Source: Kosakonia calanthes (GTDB taxonomy: Bacteria > Pseudomonadota > Gammaproteobacteria > Enterobacterales > Enterobacteriaceae). From it: a stretch of DNA of 24,000 nucleotides. The notes beneath the pieces are model-generated. The model was not told the DNA's origin and searched no databases. It saw only the letters and a program-made list of their open reading frames with translations. Numbering within the stretch: position 1 is the stretch's first letter; every line of letters begins with the position of its first letter. The DNA is taken from positions 10,406-34,405 of the forward strand of contig NZ_CP151800.1 in the NCBI RefSeq assembly GCF_038449125.1, written 5' to 3'. Shown piece after piece: positions 1 to 9,859 of the stretch. The translations under genes were made by a program, and so were the position numbers.

Positions 1-116
1 CCGGCGATCGCGATACCATCCGGCAATAAAATTTTTATTAAAAACAAAACACCCTCTGTATTTAACAGGGCATGGTGAGCGGCTTCGCTATGCCCAAAAC
101 CCGGAGACAGACAGTT

Positions 117-1409
117 ATGGATATTTCTGTAACGACTGCAAAACCAGGGCGTCGCCGTTATTTGACGCTGCTGATGATCTTTATCACGGTCGTCATTTGT
201 TATGTCGATCGCGCCAACCTGGCGGTGGCCTCTGCGCATATTCAGGAAGAATTCGGTATCAGCAAAGCGGAAATGGGCTACGTCTTTTCGGCCTTCGCCT
301 GGCTGTACACGCTGTGCCAAATTCCCGGCGGCTGGTTCCTCGACCGCGTCGGCTCTCGCCTGACCTATTTCATCGCTATTTTTGGCTGGTCGGTCGCCAC
401 GCTGTTCCAGGGCTTCGCCACCGGCTTGCTCTCGCTGATTGGCCTGCGCGCCATCACCGGTGTTTTTGAAGCCCCGGCTTTTCCGACCAACAACCGCATG
501 GTGACCAGTTGGTTCCCGGAGCGCGAACGCGCGTCAGCGGTCGGTTTCTACACCTCCGGGCAGTTTGTCGGTCTGGCCTTTCTCACTCCGCTGCTTATTT
601 GGATCCAGGAACTGCTGAGCTGGCACTGGGTGTTTATCATCACCGGCGGTATCGGCATCATCTGGTCGTTTATCTGGATTAAGGTCTACCAGCCGCCGCG
701 CCTGACCAAAAGTGTTGGCCAGGCGGAACTGGACTACATCAAAGAGGGCGGCGGCCTGATCGATGGCGACGCGCCGGTGAAAAAAGAGGCGCGCCAGCCG
801 CTGACCAAATCAGAGTGGAAACTGGTTTTCCACCGCAAACTGGTTGGTGTTTATATTGGGCAATTTGCTGTCACCTCAACGCTGTGGTTCTTCCTGACCT
901 GGTTCCCGAACTATTTGACCCAGGAAAAAGGCATCACCGCGCTGAAAGCGGGCTTTATGACCACCGTCCCGTTCCTCGCCGCGTTCTTTGGCGTGCTGCT
1001 GTCCGGCTGGGTCGCCGATACGCTGGTGAAAAAAGGCTATTCGCTGGGGATTGCGCGTAAAACGCCGATTATCTGCGGCTTGCTGATCTCCACCTGCATC
1101 ATGGGCGCGAACTACACCAACGATCCGCTGTGGATTATGTCGCTGATGGCGCTGGCCTTCTTCGGTAACGGCTTTGCGTCTATCACCTGGTCGCTGGTCT
1201 CTTCGCTGGCGCCGATGCGCCTGATCGGCTTGACCGGCGGGGTGTTTAATTTCGTCGGCGGTTTGGGCGGCATCACCGTACCGCTGGTGATTGGCTACCT
1301 GGCGCAGGATTACGGCTTTGGCCCGGCGCTGGTGTATATCTCCGCCGTGGCGCTGATCGGCGCGCTCTCCTACATTTTGCTGGTGGGCGATGTGAAGCGA
1401 GTAGGCTAA
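117..1409 (+). CDS. dgoT: D-galactonate:H+ symporter (MFS)
   Basis: The ORF is 72..1409. From Met16 (ATG 117) the protein matches remembered E. coli DgoT almost throughout ([51 protein letters not shown] ... [10 protein letters not shown]). It has a 12-TM MFS pattern. Confidence 0.93.
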   Translation: MDISVTTAKPGRRRYLTLLMIFITVVICYVDRANLAVASAHIQEEFGISKAEMGYVFSAFAWLYTLCQIPGGWFLDRVGSRLTYFIAIFGWSVATLFQGFATGLLSLIGLRAITGVFEAPAFPTNNRMVTSWFPERERASAVGFYTSGQFVGLAFLTPLLIWIQELLSWHWVFIITGGIGIIWSFIWIKVYQPPRLTKSVGQAELDYIKEGGGLIDGDAPVKKEARQPLTKSEWKLVFHRKLVGVYIGQFAVTSTLWFFLTWFPNYLTQEKGITALKAGFMTTVPFLAAFFGVLLSGWVADTLVKKGYSLGIARKTPIICGLLISTCIMGANYTNDPLWIMSLMALAFFGNGFASITWSLVSSLAPMRLIGLTGGVFNFVGGLGGITVPLVIGYLAQDYGFGPALVYISAVALIGALSYILLVGDVKRVG

Positions 1410-1425
1410 CGCCGCGTATTCCGCT

Positions 1426-1458
1426 ACCCTGAGGCTACTTATGGCTTCAGGGTATTTT
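1426..1458 (+). terminator. Hairpin plus short T-run between dgoT and yidR
   Basis: ACCCTGAGGC (1426-1435) pairs with GCTTCAGGGT (1444-1453), giving 10 bp including one G-U and an 8-nt loop. It is followed by ATTTT and sits immediately before the yidR ATG at 1460. Confidence 0.45.
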
Positions 1459-1459
1459 C

Positions 1460-2686
1460 ATGAAACAGCTCACCTTCGCCCCGCGCAACCATCAACTCAC
1501 CAACATCAACACCTGGACCCCGGACAGCCAATGGCTGGTGTTCGATGTGCGCCCTTCGGGGGCGTCGTTTACCAGTAAAACCATCGAACGGGTTAATGTG
1601 CACAGCGGCAAGGTTGAGGTGCTGTATACCGCGCCGGACAGTGCGCATGTCGGCGTGGTGACGGTTAACCCGCAGTCAGAAAAGTATGTATTTATTCACG
1701 GCCCGGAGAACCCGGACGCCGACTGGCAATATGATTTCCACCATCGCCGCGGTGTCGTCACCGAACATGGCCGCACGCAAAACCTCGATGCGCTGGATAT
1801 CACCGCGCCTTACACGCCCGGCGCACTGCGCGGCGGCACGCATGTGCATGTTTTCAGCCCGAACGGTGAAAATGTCAGCTTTACCTATAACGATCACGTA
1901 ATGCACGAGCTTTCCCCGGCGCGCGATCTGCGCAATGTCGCCGTTTCCGCGCCGTTTGGCCCGGTCACCCCGCCTTGTACGCATCCGCGCGAATATGGCG
2001 GCAGCCACTGGAGCGTACTGGTTAGCCGCACCACGCCGACTCCTGCGCCCGGCAGCGATGAGATCAATCGCGCTTATGAAGAAGGTTGGGTCGGCAACCA
2101 GCGGCTGGCGTTTATTGGCGATACGCTGTCAGTCAGTGGGGAAAAAGTGCCGGAGCTGTTTATTGTCGAATTACCGAACGATGAGCAGGGCTGGAAAACG
2201 CCAGGCGACGCGCCGCTGGCGGGAAGCGAACAAGCATTGCCCGCGCCGCCAAAAGGCGTGCAGCAACGGCGCCTGACTTTTACCCATCAAAAGGCGTATC
2301 CGGGGCTGGTCAATGTGCCACGCCACTGGGTGCGCGCGAACCCGCAAGCCACCGACATTGCGTTTTTAATGCGTGATAACGCAGGTGTTGTGCAGCTTTG
2401 GCTGATAAGCCCGGATGGCGGCGAATCGCGCCAGTTAACGCGCACCGAAAACGGCATTCAGTCGGCGTTTAACTGGCATCCTTCCGGCAACGCGCTGGGG
2501 TTTGTGCTGGATAATCGCATCGCGGTGTGTGACGCGAAGCGCGGTGATATCACCTTTTTAACGTCCGGTAATGCAAAGGTGCCGTCTGCGGATGCAGTGG
2601 TTTTTTCGCCGGATGGCAAACAGATTGCCTGGATGGAAGAGGTCGACGGTTTCCGCCAGTTATGGATGACAGAAACCAATCTGTAA
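1460..2686 (+). CDS. yidR: DUF3748 beta-propeller-like protein YidR
   Basis: The 408-aa ORF is collinear with remembered E. coli YidR (MKQ.TFAPRNH.LTN.NTWTPDSQWLVFDVRPSGASFT ... VVFSPDG). Confidence 0.9.
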   Translation: MKQLTFAPRNHQLTNINTWTPDSQWLVFDVRPSGASFTSKTIERVNVHSGKVEVLYTAPDSAHVGVVTVNPQSEKYVFIHGPENPDADWQYDFHHRRGVVTEHGRTQNLDALDITAPYTPGALRGGTHVHVFSPNGENVSFTYNDHVMHELSPARDLRNVAVSAPFGPVTPPCTHPREYGGSHWSVLVSRTTPTPAPGSDEINRAYEEGWVGNQRLAFIGDTLSVSGEKVPELFIVELPNDEQGWKTPGDAPLAGSEQALPAPPKGVQQRRLTFTHQKAYPGLVNVPRHWVRANPQATDIAFLMRDNAGVVQLWLISPDGGESRQLTRTENGIQSAFNWHPSGNALGFVLDNRIAVCDAKRGDITFLTSGNAKVPSADAVVFSPDGKQIAWMEEVDGFRQLWMTETNL

Positions 2687-2687
2687 G

Positions 2688-3014
2688 TTAGTGCGCAGGC
2701 ATTGGCGCGGGCGGGATCAGCGAGTTAGTGGCTCTGTTTTCCCGCTCGCTTTTTTCGACCCGCGATTTGACCGAGTTATCCCGGCGAAAGAGATCCCACG
2801 GCAGCAGCAGAGTGTCCATGATGGCGGTGAAAGGCATATCCAGCGCCACCAGCGACTTGGTGCCAATCCCGGTGTCATCGTCCGATAACATCTCCGAACT
2901 GGCGCGCGTGCCAGGGTAAACGCCCTCTTTGCCGCCCGTATGCGACATCACGCTGGAACACCCCGTTAGTACCACCCCGCAAAACAATGCAGAAACTATA
3001 AGAATTGTTTTCAT
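2688..3014 (-). CDS. yidQ: Small lipoprotein YidQ (DUF1375)
   Basis: The ORF 2688..3122 was trimmed to the internal ATG at 3014. The signal peptide plus lipobox is MKTILIVSALFCGVVLTGCSS. The remainder matches remembered YidQ (SVMSHTGGKEG.YPGTRAS ... MPFTA.MDTLLLPWD.FR). Confidence 0.85.
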   Translation of the reverse strand: MKTILIVSALFCGVVLTGCSSVMSHTGGKEGVYPGTRASSEMLSDDDTGIGTKSLVALDMPFTAIMDTLLLPWDLFRRDNSVKSRVEKSERENRATNSLIPPAPMPAH

Positions 3015-3194
3015 ATTCGATTGATCATCGTTGTTTGTAATTTTAATGCTGTTTGGGCGGTTATAGCCTTCCGCCAGGGAAAGCAACAGCATTAACGCTC
3101 CGCTCTGTGGCGGCATTCGCACTTTAACCCTTTGTGCTGTGATCCCAGTCTATGCACTGCGTGAGAAAGTGCAAAAAAAAGTCAGTATCGCGCC

Positions 3195-3222
3195 CTTGAA
3201 AATACTCCGCGCAACCACATTT
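3195..3222 (+). promoter_or_regulatory. Sigma32 (heat-shock) promoter of ibpAB
   Basis: CTTGAAA (3195-3201), a 13-nt spacer, then CCACATTT (3215-3222). This fits the sigma32 consensus CTTGAAA-N13-14-CCCCATNT. It lies about 110 nt upstream of ibpA. Confidence 0.7.
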
Positions 3223-3306
3223 TAGGAGTGTAGCCGGGGAACACGCCGCAAGGGTGTTTGGCTGCATTGCATGACGACCTGTCCATTGTGGAAGGTTCTT
3301 CACAAT

Positions 3307-3323
3307 CTCGCTGATTTCAGGAG
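3307..3323 (+). promoter_or_regulatory. ROSE-like RNA thermometer hairpin masking the ibpA SD
   Basis: CTCgCTG (3307-3313) pairs with CAGGAG (3318-3323), with a bulged G and a 4-nt loop. The SD AGGAG lies inside the stem, 10 nt before ATG 3333. Confidence 0.6.
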
Positions 3324-3332
3324 CTTTTAAGT

Positions 3333-3746
3333 ATGCGTAACTTTGATCTTTCCCCACTGTATCGTTCAGCTATCGGTTTTGATCGCCTGTTTAACCTGTT
3401 AGAAAACAACCCGAACCAGAGCAACAACGGTTACCCTCCATACAACGTTGAGTTAGTGGATGAAAACCACTATCGCATCGCTATCGCTGTGGCAGGCTTC
3501 GCCGAGAGCGAACTGGACATTACCGCGCAGGACAATCTGCTGGTGGTGAAAGGTTCCCATACCGCCGAGCAGAAAGAGCGCAGCTATCTCTACCAGGGCA
3601 TCGCCGAACGTAACTTCGAGCGTAAATTCCAACTGGCAGAAAACATTCACGTCAACGGCGCCAATCTGGTGAACGGCCTGCTCTATATCGAGCTGGAACG
3701 CGTTATCCCGGAAGAGAAAAAACCGCGCCGTATCGAAATTAACTAA
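3333..3746 (+). CDS. ibpA: Small heat-shock protein IbpA (alpha-crystallin/Hsp20)
   Basis: 137 aa: [21 protein letters not shown] ... [20 protein letters not shown]. This is the canonical IbpA sequence. Confidence 0.97.
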   Translation: MRNFDLSPLYRSAIGFDRLFNLLENNPNQSNNGYPPYNVELVDENHYRIAIAVAGFAESELDITAQDNLLVVKGSHTAEQKERSYLYQGIAERNFERKFQLAENIHVNGANLVNGLLYIELERVIPEEKKPRRIEIN

Positions 3747-3830
3747 TTGTGTCGGGTCGCCCTCGCGGCCCAATCCCAACATGCTCGCCGACAGGGAGCA
3801 TATGTGAGCCCGCGGGCTCGCAGGTATCAA

Positions 3831-3848
3831 CTCGCTTCTTAGAAGGAG
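3831..3848 (+). promoter_or_regulatory. ROSE-like SD-masking hairpin in the ibpA-ibpB spacer
   Basis: CTCgCT (3831-3836) pairs with AGGAG (3844-3848) with the same bulged G as the ibpA element and a 7-nt loop. The ibpB ATG is at 3856. Additional palindromes lie upstream, including GAGCCCGCGGGCTC. Confidence 0.5.
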
Positions 3849-3855
3849 AAACACC

Positions 3856-4284
3856 ATGCGTAACTATGATTTATCCCCACTTCTGCGCCAGTGGATTGGT
3901 TTTGACAAATTAGCCAACGCGCTGCAAAGCACCACCGAGCAACAGGCGTTCCCGCCCTACAACATTGAAAAGGGCGATGATAACCACTATCGCATTACCC
4001 TTGCGCTGGCGGGTTTCCGTCAGGAAGAGCTGGATATCCAGCTGGAGAACGGTCGCCTGACCATCAAAGGCACCCCGGAAAAACCGGCCAACGAACCGAA
4101 ATGGCTCCATCAAGGGCTGGTGATTCAGCCGTTCAGCCTGAGCTTTACGCTGGCGGATTTTATGGAAGTTTCTGGCGCAACCTTTACCAACGGCTTACTG
4201 CATATCGATTTGCTGCGTAACGTGCCGGAAAGCGCCGCGCCGCAGCGCATCGCCATCAGCGAACGCCCGGCGTTGAATAGCTAA
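3856..4284 (+). CDS. ibpB: Small heat-shock protein IbpB
   Basis: 142 aa: [24 protein letters not shown] ... [21 protein letters not shown]. It is the paralogue directly downstream of ibpA. Confidence 0.96.
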   Translation: MRNYDLSPLLRQWIGFDKLANALQSTTEQQAFPPYNIEKGDDNHYRITLALAGFRQEELDIQLENGRLTIKGTPEKPANEPKWLHQGLVIQPFSLSFTLADFMEVSGATFTNGLLHIDLLRNVPESAAPQRIAISERPALNS

Positions 4285-4303
4285 GCTATCCATTAATACT
4301 TTC

Positions 4304-4334
4304 AGCCCTGCTTCCTGGCAGGGCTTTTTGTTTC
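4304..4334 (+). terminator. Rho-independent terminator of ibpAB
   Basis: AGCCCTGC (4304-4311) pairs with GCAGGGCT (4318-4325) and is followed by TTTTTGTTT. Confidence 0.8.
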
Positions 4335-4384
4335 TTTCGCTGGCTGGTATACACTTGAGCAATTGCGGGATTCTGGAGACGGTT

Positions 4385-5470
4385 ATGCTTGGCGAACAGC
4401 TTGAGATTGAAGGACTTATCGGCGTAGGGCGCGCTCAATTAGCACTCGAACCCGACCAGCATATTTATACCTTTATTGGTCCTAACGGCGTGGGTAAAAC
4501 CAAAATGCTGGAAGCGCTGTTCCAGGTCTTATTTTTTAATAATGAGCTGGTAAAAAAAGCACTGACCTCGCATGACCCGGCTTTTTTCAGCTTCAAATCA
4601 TTCTCCACAAATCGCCCTGAGTTATCCGTTCTGCAAACAGAAGGGAATTATTCTCCACCCTGGCCGATTGCTCGTAAATTCTTGCCTGCGTCGTTGGCGC
4701 ATCACCTTCCAGTCGTTTTTCTGGGTGCCCAGTCTCGTGGGACGATAACGCAGGAAAATGGGATTCCTAACATCGCTTTAGGCGCGCTGGAAACACGTAG
4801 AAGGGTCTATTTCCAGTCTCTGGCAAGGCAGATGCAATTTGATTTCGGCTCCATGAATATGTCCGCCAGTATTCAGGAGTGGTTTATCTCAATTGCCCGT
4901 TCATCTAATCGTTGGCAGAAAAGTGAAGATAACCGCGAAATAGAAATTTCGACGGTTCTGCGGTTATTGCATGAAATCGACGCGCGAATTGACCCGGAGT
5001 TTATGGAAATTGGCGGCGATGATCGGGTCAGCTTAAAAGTTGACGGGCAGATTCGCGAGATAAGCCAATTAAGCTCTGGCTTTACTTCCATCCTTAAGCT
5101 GATTCAGGCCATCGTTTCGGGTTATAGCTATTTCACGAATGAAAGCAACATTCAGAGGGTGAAGGGCGTTGTTTTTATTGATGAGATAGAAAGTCATCTG
5201 CATCTTTCCTGGCAGGCGAACATCATTCCGTTGTTGAAGAAATTGTTCCCCAACACCACTTTTTACATCACCACGCACTCATCCATTGTCCTCGCGCAGC
5301 TTAAAGAAGGCGAAGCGTATAACCTTTACCGGGATGAGGATGGGATTGTTAAAACCAAAAAAATAGCCGCACCGAATAAAGCCGCCCTGGCTGATATTCT
5401 GAAAGATTTGTTTAGCGTTGATATTAACCAGATGAAGCTTGAGAACAGCAGCGTGTACTCTGTTGCCTGA
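4385..5470 (+). CDS. Stand-alone ABC-fold (AAA_21-like) ATPase, function unknown
   Basis: The ORF 4328..5470 was trimmed to ATG 4385, which has GGAG at 4373-4376. Motifs are Walker A GPNGVGKT (nt 4478-4501), signature-like LSSGF, Walker B VVFIDEIE and H-loop TTHS. The gene is visibly AT-rich (hand count 22 GC of 60 for nt 4501-4560). Confidence 0.8.
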   Translation: MLGEQLEIEGLIGVGRAQLALEPDQHIYTFIGPNGVGKTKMLEALFQVLFFNNELVKKALTSHDPAFFSFKSFSTNRPELSVLQTEGNYSPPWPIARKFLPASLAHHLPVVFLGAQSRGTITQENGIPNIALGALETRRRVYFQSLARQMQFDFGSMNMSASIQEWFISIARSSNRWQKSEDNREIEISTVLRLLHEIDARIDPEFMEIGGDDRVSLKVDGQIREISQLSSGFTSILKLIQAIVSGYSYFTNESNIQRVKGVVFIDEIESHLHLSWQANIIPLLKKLFPNTTFYITTHSSIVLAQLKEGEAYNLYRDEDGIVKTKKIAAPNKAALADILKDLFSVDINQMKLENSSVYSVA

Positions 5471-5564
5471 TGGCGCTTCGCTTATCAGGCCTACTCAATA
5501 ACTTCTCAACTTGTTGTTATGAAAGATTTTGTAGGCCGGGTAAGGCATAGCCGCCGCCCGACAT
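5468..5564. repeat. Pair of inverted REP elements (BIME-like)
   Basis: TGATGGCGCTTCGCTTATCAGGCCTAC (5468-5494) is the reverse complement of the classic GTAGGCCTGATAAGCG.AGCGCCATCA REP. GTAGGCCGGGTAAGGCATAGCCGCCGCCCGACAT (5531-5564) lies in the opposite orientation. Confidence 0.8.
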
Positions 5565-5595
5565 AAACGCTGCTCTATCCTTTGTCTTCAATTTG

Positions 5596-5623
5596 AAGGC
5601 TCCGAATCCGGAGCCTTTTTTGT
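5596..5623 (+). terminator. Rho-independent terminator shared by convergent genes
   Basis: AAGGCTCCG (5596-5604) pairs with CGGAGCCTT and is followed by TTTTTTGTTT. It abuts the stop codon of the minus-strand MFS gene at 5624. Confidence 0.8.
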
Positions 5624-6889
5624 TTATGCCCGCACACGCTGCAAAAACCGCTGGCGCCACGGTTTCAGCACAAAGAACGCCAGCAGCGCACAGAGAATAT
5701 CCAGCGTAATGGCGCAGCCAAACACCAGGTTCCAGCTACCGGTTTGCTGATACATCAGCGCCGCCAGCGGGCCGCCGAAGATCGAACCAATTCCCTGCGA
5801 GATATAAAGCCAGCCGTAATTCGAGGTCGCGTGCTGTGTGCCGAAGGTATCGGTCAGCGTCGCCGGGAACAACGAGAAGATCTCGCCCCAGCCGAAGAAA
5901 ACCACCCCGGAAAGCAGCACAAACAGCAGCGGATCATCTTTGCACAGCAGCCACAGTGCCATCGCACAACCTTCCAGACCGAAGGCGACAAACATCATAT
6001 TCTCGCGGCCAATGCGGTCGGAAATATAACCGCACACCGGGCGCGTTAAGCCATTCATAAAGCGGTCGATGGTCATCGCCAGCGGTAACGCCGCCATGCC
6101 CATCACTGTTACCGCCGTAATACCGAAATCTTCGGCGAAAATCGCCATTTGCGAGGTCACCATCAGGCCGGACGTGGACATCATGGTCATCATCACAAAC
6201 ATCAGCCAGAACAGCGGTTTACGCAGCATCTCTTTGGAGGTGAAGCTTTTATCGCTCATCGTCAGGTTGCTGTTGATCTCCTGCGTGCTCACGCGCTGCG
6301 GCGCGCGCAGACCCTGGCTGGCGAGAAAACCGACCACCGCCATTACCAAACCAAATTGCCACAGCGTGTTCTCCAGCCCTTTGGCCGCCAGCGATTGAGT
6401 CACCGGGAAAGTAGTGAGGATCGCGCCCATGCCGTAGCCTGCCGCCACCATCCCTGTGGCAAACCCGCGTTTTTCCGGGAACCAGCGCACCATCAGGCCA
6501 ACCACGCCGATATAGACAATCCCGGTGCCGAGGCCGCCCAGCACGCCGTAATAAAGGTAGAGTTCCGTCAGGCTGCTGATGGTCGCGGTCAGCATCCAGC
6601 TCACGCCGCTCAGCACGGTGCCGATGGCAATCAAACGGCGCGGGCCAAATTTATCAATCAACCTTCCCTGGAACGGGGAAAAGAAGGTTTGCAGAATAAT
6701 CAGCAGGGAAAACGTGAGCTGAATTTCCGCCAGCGGCACGCCGAGCTTTTCCATAAAGGGACGTGTCAGCAGCGCCCAGACATACTGCGGGCTGGAAATC
6801 GACACCATGCACAGTAAGCCGAGCGCCAGTTGCACCCATTTCTTTGCCGGGCTTGTCACCACCGCGTTGGTTAAGGTTGTATTTGTCAT
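5624..6889 (-). CDS. MFS transporter, oxalate/formate antiporter (OFA)-like family
   Basis: 421 aa with a 12-TM pattern and an OFA-like N-terminal half (W.QL..G...M..IS.PQY.W.L; FPEKRGFATG). It is not at this position in remembered K-12 synteny. Confidence 0.8.
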   Translation of the reverse strand: MTNTTLTNAVVTSPAKKWVQLALGLLCMVSISSPQYVWALLTRPFMEKLGVPLAEIQLTFSLLIILQTFFSPFQGRLIDKFGPRRLIAIGTVLSGVSWMLTATISSLTELYLYYGVLGGLGTGIVYIGVVGLMVRWFPEKRGFATGMVAAGYGMGAILTTFPVTQSLAAKGLENTLWQFGLVMAVVGFLASQGLRAPQRVSTQEINSNLTMSDKSFTSKEMLRKPLFWLMFVMMTMMSTSGLMVTSQMAIFAEDFGITAVTVMGMAALPLAMTIDRFMNGLTRPVCGYISDRIGRENMMFVAFGLEGCAMALWLLCKDDPLLFVLLSGVVFFGWGEIFSLFPATLTDTFGTQHATSNYGWLYISQGIGSIFGGPLAALMYQQTGSWNLVFGCAITLDILCALLAFFVLKPWRQRFLQRVRA

Positions 6890-7164
6890 TCTGCCACCCT
6901 GTGTTTAACAAAAGTGGGCTTTTGCATTAACCATGCCATAACCTGTTGTGGCGACAGACATTAAGCAAACGCTTAGCAGGCGTAGGGTTCGCGCGATTAC
7001 GGGGCTTGCTGGCGCTGCTTTGTTCCAGGGCAGGCTGCTTTATATGGTGCAGTTTTCGCCACATCGCGGGGCGCGAGAAGCCATGGACTTTGTGCGCCAC
7101 CACCCATACAACCGTGCTTGCCTCTGCCAGAATCCTTGTAGTCATCATGTACAGGGAAAAGATC

Positions 7165-8826
7165 ATGAGTGATATTGCGTTAACCGTGAGCGTGCTGGCG
7201 CTGGTTGCCGTGGTAGGGCTGTGGATCGGCAACGTAAAAATACGCGGCGTCGGGTTTGGCATCGGCGGGGTGCTGTTCGGCGGCATTATCGTCGGGCACT
7301 TCGTCTTCCAACTGGGCATCCCGTTAAGCAGCCCGATGCTGCTGTTTGTGCAGGAGTTCGGCCTGATCCTCTTCGTTTACACCATCGGCATTCAGGTCGG
7401 GCCGGGTTTTTTCGCCTCGCTGCGCGTCTCTGGCCTGCGTCTTAATCTGTTCGCGATTTTAATTGTGCTGATCGGCGGGCTGGTGACGGTGATTTTGCAC
7501 AAGCTGTTCGCCATTCCGCTGCCGGTGGTGCTGGGGATTTTTTCCGGCGCGGTGACCAATACGCCCGCGCTGGGCGCCGGGCAGCAAATCCTGCGTGATT
7601 TGGGGATTTCCGGTTCGCAACTTGACTTGATGGGCACAAGCTACGCGATGGCTTACCCGTTTGGTATTTGCGGGATTTTGCTGACCATGTGGCTGTTACG
7701 CGTGCTGTTTCGCGTCAATGTCGACGAAGAAGCCCGCAAACATGACGCCACGCTCAGCAGCGGCGTCTCGCATATTCGTACCATCAATATTCGCGTCGAA
7801 AACCCGAATCTCGACAAGATGGCGATTCAGGATGTGCCGATCCTCAATAGCGACAAAATCATCTGCTCGCGCCTGAAACGCGCGGATATGCTGATGGTGC
7901 CCTCGCCGGAAACGCTGATTCAGGCCGGAGATTTGTTGCATCTGGTCGGTTTGCCTAAGGATTTGCATAACGCCCAACTGGTGATCGGCCAGGAAGTGGA
8001 TACGTCACTGTCGACGCGCGGCACGGATTTGCGCGTTGAGCGCGTGGTGGTGACCAACGAAAAAGTGCTCGGCAAAAAAATCCGCGATCTGCATTTCAAA
8101 GAGCGCTACGACGTGGTGATTTCTCGCCTCAATCGCGCCGGGGTTGAACTGGTCGCCAGCTCAGATGCCAGCCTGCAGTTCGGTGACATCCTCAATTTGG
8201 TTGGGCGCCCAACGGCGATTGAAGCCGTCGCCAATGAAGTGGGCAACGCGCAGCAAAAATTGCAGCAAGTGCAGATGCTGCCGGTGTTTATTGGCATCGG
8301 GCTTGGCGTGCTGCTCGGCTCCGTTCCGCTGTTTATCCCCGGTTTTCCGGTGGCGCTGAAATTAGGCTTGGCGGGCGGGCCGCTGATCATGGCGCTGATC
8401 CTCGGGCGTATCGGCACCATCGGTAAGCTGTACTGGTTTATGCCGCCGAGCGCCAACCTGGCGCTGCGCGAATTAGGCATTGTGCTGTTTCTGGCGGTAG
8501 TCGGGCTGAAATCCGGCGGGGATTTTATCGCCACGCTGACGCAAGGCGACGGCGTGAAGTGGATGTGTTTCGGCATTTTTATTACCGCGATTCCGCTGCT
8601 TTCCGTCGGCATCCTGGCGCGAACGCTCGGGAAAATGAACTATTTAACGCTGTGCGGCATGCTGGCGGGTTCGATGACCGATCCGCCCGCGCTGGCTTTC
8701 GCTAACGGTTTGCACGCCACCAGCGGCGCCGCTGCGCTTTCCTATGCCACGGTTTACCCGCTGGTGATGTTTCTGCGCATTATGACGCCGCAACTGCTGG
8801 CCGTGCTGCTGTGGGGAATGGGGTGA
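7165..8826 (+). CDS. yidE: Putative transporter YidE (AAE family, two central RCK_C/TrkA-C domains)
   Basis: The ORF 6946..8826 was trimmed to ATG 7165. [43 protein letters not shown] matches the remembered YidE N-terminus and the protein is collinear to the end. Confidence 0.93.
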   Translation: MSDIALTVSVLALVAVVGLWIGNVKIRGVGFGIGGVLFGGIIVGHFVFQLGIPLSSPMLLFVQEFGLILFVYTIGIQVGPGFFASLRVSGLRLNLFAILIVLIGGLVTVILHKLFAIPLPVVLGIFSGAVTNTPALGAGQQILRDLGISGSQLDLMGTSYAMAYPFGICGILLTMWLLRVLFRVNVDEEARKHDATLSSGVSHIRTINIRVENPNLDKMAIQDVPILNSDKIICSRLKRADMLMVPSPETLIQAGDLLHLVGLPKDLHNAQLVIGQEVDTSLSTRGTDLRVERVVVTNEKVLGKKIRDLHFKERYDVVISRLNRAGVELVASSDASLQFGDILNLVGRPTAIEAVANEVGNAQQKLQQVQMLPVFIGIGLGVLLGSVPLFIPGFPVALKLGLAGGPLIMALILGRIGTIGKLYWFMPPSANLALRELGIVLFLAVVGLKSGGDFIATLTQGDGVKWMCFGIFITAIPLLSVGILARTLGKMNYLTLCGMLAGSMTDPPALAFANGLHATSGAAALSYATVYPLVMFLRIMTPQLLAVLLWGMG

Positions 8827-9723
8827 TTAGGGTTTCTCGTCACCGGCATCGTCAGGGTGCCGGTTTGGCATTTTACGCACCGCCGACGGCGCATAGCCAA
8901 ACTTCTGCTTAAACGCTTTGCTGAAGTGAAAGGAGTCAAAAAAGTTCAGCATATCAGCGATATGCGCGATGGAATTCCCCTCCTGCTTCAGCAGTGACTG
9001 CGCCAATTCAAGGCGTGCATCCAGGTAATACTCTTTCGGTGTTTTGCCGGTGTAACGCAAAAACAGCCGCCGCAACCAGGGTTCGCTGCACTGCATCCAT
9101 TGCGCCATTTCACTCACCGTCCAGCGTTTTTGCGGAGAGGCATGCAGGGCGGTAATTAATTTTTCGATATGCAATAACTGGCTATCCTTTATTCCATTTT
9201 CAGAAATAAGACAAATCCACTGATATATTATTTTGGTAAGAAAGGCCACTGCCAGGTTATTTTTCATCGGATCGCGGCTGGCGATAAGCGTCGCGACATT
9301 ACTGAGTTCCTGATTAAACACGCTGCCATTATAAATAATAGCCTGCTGTAATAATGGTATTTCCATAACGCTGGTAGGGATAAACTCCATCCAGTATTGT
9401 TCCCAAAGTAAACCGTCGCAATGATATTTTTTTATATCGGTTGGCTTTAAGAATATAACGCAATTTCCATTGAGGGTAATTTCAATATCGCCTTTAAGGT
9501 ATATTTTCCCGCAGCCTTGCAGGGTGTAAATCGCCACCCAGGAGTTAGCAATCAGCGGCTTTTTCTTATCACGAGGCCAGTAAACCCGGTAGCTTTCATC
9601 CGCAAGTGTGTGCCAGAGTGAAATGAGCGTAATTCCGCTTGAGATCACATTTTCTTCAAGAACCAGCGGAATATTGTAAGTAGTTTCGGTTTTTACATCC
9701 GAAAAATAATTTTTTCCATTCAT
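8827..9723 (-). CDS. yidL: AraC-family transcriptional regulator YidL
   Basis: The ORF 8827..10023 was trimmed to ATG 9723, which has GGAGA at 9731-9735. There is a C-terminal AraC HTH (WTVSEMAQWMQCSEPWLRRLFLRYTGKTPKEYYLDARL). It is divergent from yidK. Confidence 0.85.
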   Translation of the reverse strand: MNGKNYFSDVKTETTYNIPLVLEENVISSGITLISLWHTLADESYRVYWPRDKKKPLIANSWVAIYTLQGCGKIYLKGDIEITLNGNCVIFLKPTDIKKYHCDGLLWEQYWMEFIPTSVMEIPLLQQAIIYNGSVFNQELSNVATLIASRDPMKNNLAVAFLTKIIYQWICLISENGIKDSQLLHIEKLITALHASPQKRWTVSEMAQWMQCSEPWLRRLFLRYTGKTPKEYYLDARLELAQSLLKQEGNSIAHIADMLNFFDSFHFSKAFKQKFGYAPSAVRKMPNRHPDDAGDEKP

Positions 9724-9859
9724 TTTATTTTCTCCGCGGAGAATTATGCCCACAACCTGACCCGTGAAATCTAGCAGAAAAATCTCAGGCCAGGGAAATA
9801 ATGGTTCTATTTTGAGATGTACCACCGCCTGTACATAATCATTAATAAGGGCAATAAAA

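Noticed and set aside
1-30. A possible 3' end of an upstream gene (dgoD expected by synteny), with the frame ending at TAA 25-27.
   Set aside because: Only about 8 codons are visible, and they do not match what I remember of the DgoD C-terminus. The call cannot be supported.
3124-3357. A 77-aa minus-strand ORF spanning the ibpA promoter and leader.
   Set aside because: It overlaps the sigma32 promoter, the thermometer and the ibpA start. It has no SD and no recognisable motifs.
6149-6817. A 222-aa ORF antisense to the OFA MFS gene. Similar antisense ORFs occur at 17374..18045 (emrD), 13826..14404 (yidF), 8106..8612 (yidE), 11650..12156 (yidJ), 16020..16526 (GH5) and 22023..22529 (GTPase).
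   Set aside because: Each is embedded opposite a confidently identified gene. All have His/Arg/Gln-rich nonsense composition and lack SD-start context.
6946-7164. A 73-codon N-terminal extension of the yidE ORF.
   Set aside because: Homology to YidE begins exactly at Met74 (ATG 7165). The upstream stretch is an Arg/Cys-rich open frame in the divergent promoter region.
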